Assembly: GCA_951406725.2 (NCBI GenBank)
Contig: OX597816.1
Span: 58,838,001 to 58,902,000 of the forward strand
Direction of reading: 5' to 3'
DNA length: 64,000 nt
From: Octopus vulgaris
Lineage: Eukaryota
Shown in pieces: positions 41,701 through 53,700 of this stretch. A program made the position numbers and the translations under genes. Below the pieces are notes generated by a model, which made no database searches, was not told the DNA's origin, and saw only the letters and a program-made list of their open reading frames with translations. The stretch's first letter is position 1. The number at the start of each line of letters is the position of its first letter.

Positions 41701-44700
41701 AAGACAATACAGTTTATATCAAATAAAGTTAATTAAATTTAAGCAATGTATTCATGAATGGTTAACGAGTTGGATGTAATGCTGAAGATGGAGCAAGGAC
41801 TCCTGTAATACGCAAATACACCCATTACTATTTTCCCATCTCTGCACATTGTTTACACAGATGTATTTGTATACAGAGTGTTATAACTTTCAGGGCTGGC
41901 TCTAAACTCTTTACAAAAAATCTGTAGAGATACACTTAAAGATGAAAACAACACATTGCTAATCAGTGGCAGACTGGCCAGGTTGCCAGCTTGCCCGATG
42001 GCAAGTGGGCCCCTGTGCCATTAAAATCCATACATGGTGGCCCATGTTAGCATCTAAGGGACCCATTCCCTCAAGTTTGAGAATTTTTTATTCACTCCTG
42101 GAAGAATGCATTAATCATTTCAGCTTGGCTGTATTTGTAGACAGTTGAAAACAATACTTTTAACAAAAAAAAAAATAAATAAATGATAGCATTGTAGTTG
42201 TGGGTAAGGCCCCTTGTAGTTGCGGGTGGGCCCCCTGAGTCTCCTGGCAACCAATATTTTTAGACTCAGTCCGCCACTGCTGCTAATACAAGGTAAGATA
42301 TAATACTGACTTGTCAACCTTTGATATACTTGGTTGTAGAATATGGTTGCAAAATGAGATACTGTGACCCTATTAGCAGTAAATTACATTTCAATATTAT
42401 AGGTTAAAAAATAGAACAAAACTTAAAATGAAACTAACTGTACTTGTATGGTTAGAGAGTAAACAACACAAAAACAATCAACTTGCTAAATATGCAACAG
42501 ACCTATCAAGATCTGATTCTTGATTCTCCGATATTTTTTCCTGATCCTTTTTCTTTGTCACATTTTCAGAAGGTTCTGTGATATTTTCAGATACTTCACT
42601 AATTTTCTCAGCCACCCTAAATTTTGATTAAAGCCAGAAATAAAAACATTAGTGACCTATTTTGACAGAGTGTATATATTTACAATATTTATATCTTCAC
42701 TATTAACTGTATCTTTAGAAAGTCATCATCAACAATCATTTTTCCAATGTTTGCATTGGTCGGAGAAATACAGATTTTCTGTAGTCAGATGCTCTTCCAA
42801 TCACCAACCCTAAACTGCTTCTGAACAAGGTAATATTTGTCTGTGAGTCTAGGACATTTACCCTCCCCCATAGACAATAATCCCCCCACCAAGGACAATT
42901 ACAACTGAGGACAACAGATGATGATTTAAAACTTCTTAATATATGGGAGGTGGAGGCACATGGCCTAGTGGTTAGAGCAGCGGACTCGCAGTCGAGGAAT
43001 CACGGGTTCAAATCTCAGACCGGGTGATGTGTGTGTTTATGAGCGAAAACACCTAAGCTCCACGCGGTTCCGGCAGAAGGTAATGGCGAAATTCGGCTGA
43101 CTCTTTCGCTGCAGCTTTCTCTCACTCTTTCCTCCTGCATCTTGCAGCTCACCTGCGATGGACTGGTGTCCCATCCAGGTGGGGAACCTATACGCCAAGG
43201 AAACCGGGAAACTGGCCCTTATGAGCCAGGTGTGGCTCAAGAAGGAACAAACAACAACAACAACAATATATTGGAGAGGGATATAATTAACCAAGGGGGT
43301 TAATTGATCAAGGGGGTAGTTGTCATATGTGGGGGTAATTGTCCTGATACGTTGCCTGTGGCCAGATATGGTTTTTGCAGAATAGTAGAAAGGAACGACA
43401 CCACTTGTATGACAGTGATACTCGTTTACAACTATCACAGAACATCAAGACAAAGAGATACAAATACACACACACATGATGATGAGGATGATGATGGTTG
43501 TCCACTTGTGACCAAGGAAGACCATCACTGACCAGTACTCACGCAAAATGTCAGCAATGCCCGTGTGTGAGGTTATTGCATGAGCAATCGGCTTCACCCA
43601 GGTTCGTATCTGCGACTTCTATGCTTGCCGTGATGCCCTCTGACTCAACTGGACATCAAATACTTGCCTCACTGGCGATTTGCACAGACTAAAATTTTAG
43701 TTCCAATAAGGCCTGCACAGAACTTCACAGACTCTCACCACCCAAATGACATGATCTAGAGACAAGTCAGGGAATTATGTCCAGTACCGATATGGGTCGC
43801 AGGTTCAGGAATATAGGGAGCACCGAAATGTTCAATGCCATGTAAAAACATGTAAAAGAGAAAAAGTGTGTATGTGTGTGTGTGTGTGTGTACACAGACA
43901 AAAGAGAACAATTTGCGCAGACACAAGATGTACATGAATGTGTATGAGAAGAAAAGGTATGTGAGAAAGAGGGAGAGATAGAAAAAAAAAGAAAAGAGAC
44001 AGACAGACAGACAAAGAAAGAGGAGTATAAGGACAAATACATCAACTTGGTCAGTATAAGAAGATGGTCTGTACTTAGGTTTCTCTGGAGGAATGGCCAA
44101 CTGCTGCAGTGTTTTGATATCATCAGACATTTCATACTGTGAGAGAAAAGAGAAGAGAGACAGACAGAAATTAATATATATATATATGTGGTTAGAATCA
44201 GTGAAATACAGAAACAAAGAGAGGTACGGTAACATGGAGTTATGGTAATACATAGAAACAGAACAACAGAGATGTGGTATGGCTGTCAAGATTTGATATA
44301 ATATACAAATACACACACACACACACGTATTGGTATAAATGGATTATACCATTGAGAGATATGTGATATTGACAGGGATACGGGGAATATTTTGTGGAGA
44401 GACAAAAGTTCAGTTCTATATTTAAGAGATGAGAAATTATGTACATTATTTACATTTGACAGTTATTTGTCCTCATCTTGTTTGTTGTTAACATGTTTCG
44501 GTTGAAATACCCTCCAGCCTTCATCAGGTGCCTTGGGGAAATTTCGAACCTGGGTTCTCATTCCTAAAGTATTTTTCGATGTAATTATTATTATTATTCA
44601 GGTCACTACTTAGAATCAAACTGGGAATCTTGGGGTTAGTAGCACGCACTCTTAACCACTATCGAGTGAATTTTAGGGCTTATAAATCTAATATTTTCCC

Positions 44701-47700
44701 CAGGCTACTAACCCCAAGATTCTGAGTTTGATTCCAGGCAGTGACCTGAATAATAATAATAATGATAATTATTATTATTTCTTTATTGCCCACAGGGGGC
44801 TAAACATAAAGGGGACAAACAAGGACAGGCAAAGGGATTAAGTCAATTACATTAACCCCAGTGCATAACTGGTACTTATTTCTTCAACCCTGAAAGGATG
44901 AAAGGCAAAGTCAACCTCGGCGGAATTTGAACTCAGAACACAACGGCAAACAAAATACCGCTAAGCACTTCGCCTGGCGTGTTTATGCATCAAAAAATAC
45001 CTTAGGAATGAGAACCCAGGTTCGAAATTTCCCCAAGAGACCTGATGAAGACTGGAGGGTATATCAGCCGAAATGTTGTGTTAATAACAAACAAAATGAG
45101 GACAAATATTCGTCAACCATCCAAACGTGGTCGTTGCCAGCACCGCCCCCACTGGCCTCCGTGCCGGAGGCACGTAAAAAGCACCATCCGATTGTGGCCG
45201 TTGCCAGCCTCGTCTGGCCCCCGTGCCGGTGGCACGTAAAAAGCACTATCTGATCGTGGCCGTTTGCCAGCCTCATCTGGCACCTGTGCAGGTGGCACGT
45301 AAAAAGCACCCACTACACTCACGGAGTGGTTGGCGTTAAGAAGGGCATCCAGCTGTAGAAACACTACCAGATCAGACTGGGCCTGGCGCAGCCTACTGGC
45401 TCCCCAGACCCCAGTTGAACCGTCCAACCCATGCTAGCATGGAAAACGGACGTTAAACGATGATGATGATGAATGAAGACAAAAATTGTTGCCATGGAGA
45501 CTAGTCAAGCAACACTATCAACTACACCAGTTATAACTCACACACACACACTAATGCCAGTACAAATACACACACACTGTTGTCAATACACATACACACA
45601 CAGAGGAACTGAACCATTCATCCACTGATAACAAATGTCCTTCCCAGTCAGACAGAAGTTACATTTTATTTTTCAGGCAGATATAATCTCTCATCTAAGT
45701 TCAAAGTTTGAATGAATGACTGTAACAGCGGTTGAACTCATGACCCAATGGTCAGCAGTTGTGTACCTTAACCTATTTCAATCTAGAACAACCAACACCA
45801 AACACCGAAAACATTCTGATACTTCAAGGTGCAACAGGACAACAAAGAACTTACACCGAACTTCAATTCAGCCCCATCTGGTTGAAGTTTGGCAACCATC
45901 AGTTCTGTGACTACCATTCCGAGACGATGAATGTCACCGCTAATGCTTTCCAGGTGATTCTGCATACCATACATTATAGACGAGACTAGATCTACAAATG
46001 AGAAGAATACATATTAGAAACCAATGCTATTGCCTGTATAAGTACTGCTCATTTACAACTATTATGTGATGCTAAGACAAAGAGACACAATCCCACCACA
46101 CACACACGTACACACGTCTGTCATCATCACTTAACCCTTTCATTACCAACCCGGCTGAAACTGCTTCTGGCTCAGTAGTACAAATGTCTTGTTTCCATAA
46201 TTTTTTAATTAAAATCTTAGTCGCAATTTATGTTCCTAACACTAGCTGAATGATAACTAAGTTATTTTACTAAATTCTTTATTATATTTAAAATTAATTG
46301 AAAGAAACAGAAAGTATCTCAAAATAATTATGGTAACAAAAGGGTTAAAATATATAATAGAGAAACAATTCTTAACCCTTTCATTACCAACCCGACTGAA
46401 ACCACTTCTGGCTCAGTAGTACAAATGTCTTGTTTCCATAATTTTTTAATTAAAATCTTCCACCAAACCTTAGTCGCAATTTATGTTCCTAACACTAGTT
46501 GAATGATAACTAAGTTATTTTACTAATTTTTTTGTTATAATTAAAATTAATTGAAAGAAAAGTAGAACTTCTCAAAAGAAATACAGTAACGAAAGGGTTA
46601 ATGCCCCCGTTCCACACTGGAATGGGTTGGATGGTTTGACAGGATCTAACTATTCAGAGGACCACATCAGGTTCCAATACCTATTTTGGAATGGTTTCCA
46701 CAGCTGGATACCCTTCTTAATGCCAACCACTTACTGTAAGTGCTGGTGCCTCATTAACATACCCATGCCAGTGCTGCATAAAGGCACCCAGTACACTCTG
46801 TAGAGTGGATGGTGTTAGGAAGGGCATCCAACCGCAGAAACTAGGCCAAATCAGACATGGAGCCTGGCCAGCTCCTGTCAAACCATCCAACCCATGCAAG
46901 CATGGAAAATAGACGTTAAATGATGCCGATGATGATTTACAGAGTGTATTGGGAGCTTTTTCTCTTGATAGTAGCACTTGTGAGGTCAACATGTAACTTA
47001 TAAGATCCCTTTCAACTGAGAAGGACAATAGTAGAGAGGGAGGCAGCCTTATTATATGCGTGTGTGAAGGCAGCGAGCTGGCAGAATGCTTAGCGGTATT
47101 TCATCTGTCTTTACATTCTGAGTTCAAATTCTGCTGAGGTCGACTTTGCTTTTCATCTTTTCGAGGTCAATAAAATAAGTACCAGTTGCATACTGGAGTC
47201 GATCTAATCGACTGACCCCCCCTCCGCTCTCCCCCAAAATTTCGGGCCTTGTGCCTAGAGTAGAAAAGAATATGTGTGTAATAGTGTGTCTGTAACTATA
47301 ATGAGCTTCTTTCAGTCTCCATTCCCAAAGTTTTGGTTGACTCAGGGCTATACTAGGAGACACTTGTCTAAGGTGCCTGTCACAGCAGGATTGAACCTGA
47401 GTGCATGTGGTTGGCAAGTGAACTTCTTAACCACACAGCCATGCCTGCAGCTTTACATATATCAACTCTGGCCAAAACAAGCTTTTAGGGTCCTCAAAGC
47501 TCCACACTTTCTCTTCTCGTTTGCCAGTGACTTATTTTCCAGAGTACTTTCCAGAGTATTTTCCAGACTGCATTTTCCATGGCACCAGCACAGGAAAGGT
47601 TGTCATGCTCCTCAGTGCCTCTAGAGGTGGTAATAAGTGCTGGCTTTCCATCATGGCTGGAATACATGAGGTGAGGGAATGTGTACACAAGAAATAATGA

Positions 47701-50700
47701 ATAAAAGGATTCAATAACATGTATGGACTGAGAGGGAGGATGGTGAATACGAGAGAGAGAGAGAGTAGTGACCACAGCCCAGCCAGAAACAGGTGGGAGG
47801 AGTATCAAAGTAAGTGCAGAGAGCATCTAAAAGTTTAAGATTTAATCAAGTGGCCAAAGAGGGGATTAGGAGAGAGAGAGAGAGAGAAAGAGAGAGATGA
47901 CATCAGATGGGTCAGGGTGTAAGTAGGAGGAAGAGTTTGATGAGGAGGCAAGGTCTTTTGAGGTATAGTAGTCTGGAGTGGAATGACTGGTAGTAGCAGA
48001 GGTGGATAAAGGCAAGGGAGGGTGGTGAGATATGGGTAAAAGTAGGTGATGGGTGGCGACACAGAAAGCCTAGCAAGGGAAGAGAATGATGGCTGGTAGT
48101 AGGGAAGGATAAAGCTATAGTGTATTGAATGGGAGGCAAAAGGGAGTCTAATGCAGTCTGTAATACATGGGCCTATGAAGAGCCAGGGACTCAGGGTGGT
48201 AAGGATGATGCAGTCAGTATAGGTGATGGGAAATGAAAGATGGGGTGCAATGAGCAAAAAGGGTAGGCATAAGTTACAGAAAATAGAGAGAACCCACCTT
48301 TCCGTAGCGATTGGTCTTCTTTATCAGAGAGGAACCCGTTAGAGATGACAATAGCAGATGAAATATAGTAGTGTTGTTCATAGGAGGTGTGTCGTATGGC
48401 ACTCGTGTCACCCCACACATTCACAAGGTTTTTGATTACCTGAAAGAATTTAGATAAAATAAAATAAAATAAAATGAAAAAAAATAAAATTAGTAGAAAC
48501 TGGTTCCACACCTTGATTCCGGTTCATTTAGTTATATTTTATTTCAACACACATCATTGCACTACTGTCCACCTCCTCTTCCTCCTCCTCCTCACCACCA
48601 CCACCATCATCCTCATCATCATCATAATGATGGTGTATGTGTAAATTTCTTGGAGTTATAGTAATGTCCAATAATGGTTTAGAATTATGATGGATACGAT
48701 CTGAATTACTTTAGTCATCATTACCATCATCATCATCATTATTAAGGCAGCAAGTTGGCAGAATCATTAGCAAGCTGGACAAAATGCTTAGCAGCATTTT
48801 ACCCATCGCTATGTTCTGAGTTCAAATTCTGCCATGGTTGACTTTGCCTTTCATCCTTTTGGGGTCGATATATTAAGCACCAGTGAAACACTGGGGGCAA
48901 TGTAATCAACTAGTCCCCACCCACCACCAAAAAAATTTCAGGCCTTGTGCCTACAGTAGAAAGGATTATCATCATCATTATTTTTTCACATCCTCCTTTC
49001 ATTCTGGCATGTGCTGAATGGGTCACTATGGATGGTCTGAACAAATCTTCAGAACCACTTCTCACCTGGATGGGTCAAAGAACCACATTTCAATCCTGTT
49101 TTGTTTTTGACATAATTTCAAAGGCTACATGTTCTTTATCCACCTCTGCTACTACCAGTCATTCCACTCCAGACTACTATACCTCAAAAGACCTTGCCTC
49201 TTCATCAAACTTACAGTGTGTGTACTGGGTGTTCTTTTTCCTTGGGACTAGCATTAAAGAAGTGTAACAACCCTTTTCATTTCACTGAGTGTAGAGGGGT
49301 GCTATCTTTGAGCCATCAGCACATAAGAGAGGCGTCATGTCTTCACAACTATACAAAGTGTACTGAGCGAATTTTTGTTGTGGCACCAGCATATGAGAGG
49401 TAGCTGCATCCTTAACAGGCATTCCATTGGTTATGATGGCAAAGGTTCCAGGTGATCTAATCATCTGGACAGCCTACTCATGAGGTTAACGTGCAAGTGA
49501 CTCAGCTCTCCACAGCCATGTGTAGCCTTAATGTAGTTCTCAGGGAGATTCAACATGATGCAGAATGTGTCAGGGCTGGACCTTCTGAATTACAGGTCCA
49601 ACAAATTTTGGCCAGCTGAGTGGACTGAAGTATCTTGCTCAAGGACATAATGCACTACTGAGTATCAAACTCATGACCTTATGATTGTGAGCTGAACACC
49701 CTAACCACAAAGCCACATGTGTCCTTAGCACAACTAAAAGGCCCTCGCAGGCCCACATCTTTGCTGAACCCCCAGCGTTTGACGCTGATACAAAGGATGT
49801 GTGATAGAAGGGTGAGCAGGAGGGTTACTCACCAGACGGAAACCAAATCATGTGGATTAAGGGATCAACAGATGTTGAAATACATTGTTGGAAACTAATA
49901 AAAGATTCTGAAATTTACCTGTAAGAAGAGAGGACGTCGGTTGGAAGAAGAAGCCAAATAACCAAGAATATTTTGGAGCAATATCGTCTGCAAAGTGAGG
50001 ACAAGACATTTCTCATGAATAACAAGAATGATAATGAGTACAAATTTACAAACATTAATTATATGGTAAATGTATGTGTGTGTGTGTGTGTGTGTGCGTG
50101 TATATATTTCTTTATTGCCCACAAGGGGCTAAACATAGAGGGGACAAACAAGGACAGACAAAGGGATTTAGTCGATTACATCGACCTCAGTGCGTAAATG
50201 GTACTTAATTTATCGACCCCGAAAGGATGAAAGGCAAAGTTGGCCTTGGCGGAATTTGAACTCAGAACGTAATAACAGACGAAATACGGCTACGCATTTC
50301 GCCCGGCGTGCTAACGTTTCTGCCAGCTCGCCGCCATGATGGGATTCTACCAGTTTGTATCCACCAAATTCGCTCACTAGTCTTAGGTCAGCTTGTGTCT
50401 ATAGTAGAAGACAAGGTGCCACACAGTGGAGCTAAACCCAAAATAACATGGTTGAGAAGCAAATTTCTAAAGCAAGCAGTCCTAAAAAGAAAACATTATC
50501 TTTAAAATAATAATGAAATGATATTGTTTCCTTACATTGGTAAAATATCGATGAAGTAAGATCTTGGTACAGAGTAAGTATTTGACTTTGGGTCGCTCCA
50601 GAATGACATCACCAAGAAACATCTCAACAATGCCATACCTGCCAAAACACAAAACACAAACATCAATAGATTAGAGAGACAAGATACATTAAACTTTATA

Positions 50701-53700
50701 AGTCAACCATGACAGCAGCTATGTGATCACTCAACTTGCTAAAATTAACAGCCAAATCTTCCTCAAATCACATCCTAATAGGCTTCTATGGTTAATGATG
50801 ACCATACAGGCCAGGGTAAAAATTTTTGAGGAACTCTGCCCCTCTCTCCATATGACTGATGTTCGATGTCAATCCAAGGGGATGGTCACTGATTTGGGCT
50901 GATACAGCTTAGTACCAATGTTGTTGTAGGTATTACTGTTATAAGAAGACAAGGAGCCAGAACAGAAAACACTATAGCATTCCACTTGATACTGCAACCA
51001 TTTTGTTTCTGTTTTGACCTCACCTGTGCTTGGGCCGTGTAAAAAGCACTAAGACCACTCTGCTGAGTGGTTGGTATTAGAAAGGGCATCCAGCTGTAAA
51101 AATCCTGTTAAAACAGTCACAGATGTCCGGTGCAGGCTTCTGCCTGATCAGCTTCTGCCTGATCAGCTTCTGTGAAACTGCCCCAATCATGCTAGTATGG
51201 AAGGTGGACGTTAACCCTTTCGTTACTATATTTCTGACCAAATTACACCCCTTATGTGTTTCAATTAATTTCTAACGTAATCATAAATTTAGTCTGGTTT
51301 CATTAAACAACTATAACTTTTTTATTTATCAATATATTAATCTGATTTTTGGAAGATAATTTAATGAAATATTCTCAACCAATTCTATACTATAATTTTT
51401 GTCACAAAGTGACTCTATTTGCAGGTAGATACAGGTAAATTCAACAAAACATAAAATTATTAAAATTTTGTTCAAACATCGCTATAGAAAATATTAGCTA
51501 TTATTCAATTGGGTATACAACAAAATTTTACGATAGAATTTGTTATTCTGGGTAACTTTCTGATACCCATAATAATATTTATGGCAAAATAGGCCTTAAT
51601 TTCATTTAAGGTTGTGGGAAATAACAAACTATCCTTTCTTTCGTTTTGTTTACGTTTAGCGTAACGGTTCGTTTTCACTGTAATGATTTCAAATAGGCTC
51701 ATTCGAAAAAGTAAATAGAAATAGCCTAAGGCTTTACCCTTCTGGGAACGTCTGTGGCTTGGTCCAGTTTCTGCAGAAAAATCATCGAAAGAAACAGTTT
51801 TTAAATTTTCACTCCACTCAGGTGCCAATTCGTTTCCTTTATCGCTATCGGAGATCTCAGATTCACTGTTTTCACTTTTGGAAAATGAAACATCAAATTC
51901 ATTATCAAATACCATGTGCTTTTTTTTTTCAGTCATAGAGTTAGATTTATCAAGGTCTTCAGTAGAAAATCCTTCGAATTCTGACTCGCTGCTTGATATA
52001 ATGAAATTCGTATCCATTTTTTGTCAGAATTACAAATTTTGAAAACACAATAGGAACAAATTTCGGAAAAAAATCTCCCAAAATTCACGGAATTAAAATT
52101 ACACTTCGATTATTGTACAAAACTGTAGTTGAACTGTTTACGAAGTATAATACGTGTTTTCACGAATGTACTGAAGAGATTTGCTCTGATATTCTCATTT
52201 AAATATGAATAGGTAAATTCGGGCGGCTTTGGGCGGTTTGGTTTCATAAACCAAAATTTTTTTCGGGCGGCTTTGGGCGGTTTGGTAACGAAAGGGTTAA
52301 ACAATGATGTTTCTGCTGAAATGCACTGCCTTTGTGTCAATTAATTTTGAAAATAATGAAGAATTTTGGAAAATAAGTGCAAAGAGCACCATATGTGCGT
52401 GATCATTGACAGAGCGGCTAACCGGCTTCTGTGCCAGTGGTACTTAAAGGGCACCATTCGAGCGTGATCGTTACCAGCATCGCCTTACTGGCACTTGTGC
52501 CCGTGCTAGTAGGGCGCCAAGAGCCACCATCCGAGTGTGATCGTTGCCAGAGCAGCCAACTTGCTTCCATGCTAGTGGCACGTAAAAGGGCACCATTTGA
52601 GCGTGATCGTTACCAACGTCGCCTTACTGGCACCTGTAAAAGGATTTGAGCGAGGTCGTTGCCAGTGCAACCTGACTGGCCCCCATGCCGGTGGCACGTA
52701 AAAAGCACCCACTACACTCTTGGAGTGGTTGGCGTTAGGAAGGGCATCCAGCTGTAGAAACTCTGCCAAATCAAGATGGGAGCCTGGTGCAGCCATCTGG
52801 TTCAAGAGCCCTCAGTCAAAATCGTCCAACCCATGCTAGCATAGAAAGCGTACATTAAACGATGATGATGATGATGAAGTTTGTCAATATTATGCTAGTG
52901 TTTGGAACGAAATTTCAATGGATGGTTTTAAATGGCATTAAAATACAGAATTAGCATTGTTGCCAGTTGCTTGAATTAAGCTGTTCATCAACATCATCAT
53001 CATCGTCAACATTTAACATCCGTTGTCCATGCTGGCATGGGTTGGATGGTTTGACCAGGGCTGGCAAGCTGGAAGGCTGCACCAGACTCCTTTCTGATTT
53101 GGTATGGCTTTCTACAGCTGGATGCCCTTCCTAACACCAACCACTCTGAGAGTGTAATGGGTGCTTTTACATGCCACCAGCACAGGTGCCATTTGTGTGA
53201 CCCCAATATCTGCCAAGACTGTGATTTTACTTGGCTTGATGGGTTTTCTTCTCAAGCATGAAATAATGCCAAAGGTCTCAGTCATTGCCTCTGTGAGGCC
53301 CAACACTTGAAAGGAGCTTTTCACATGCCACCAGCATCAACCATTTTGTCTCCATGAGGCTCAACGCTCGAAAGGTGCTTATGTGCCACCAGCACGGGTG
53401 CCAGTTATGTGACACCAGCATCAGCCACGACTATGACTTCACTTGGCTTGGAGGGTCTTCTCGGGCACAGCATACCACCAAAGCTCTTGGTCAATAAAGA
53501 TATGTTTTGTGGCCACATGAAGAAGAACAGAAGCAACTCGTGAACATTTAAATGAATATTTATTGCAGGGCCTAAAGGCATCTGGTTATTTATAATGAAC
53601 AACATTAAGGTGACAAGCTGGCAGAAACGTTAGCACACCGGGCGAAATGCGTAGCCGTATTTCATCTGCCATTACGTTCTGAGTTCAAATTCCGCCGAGG

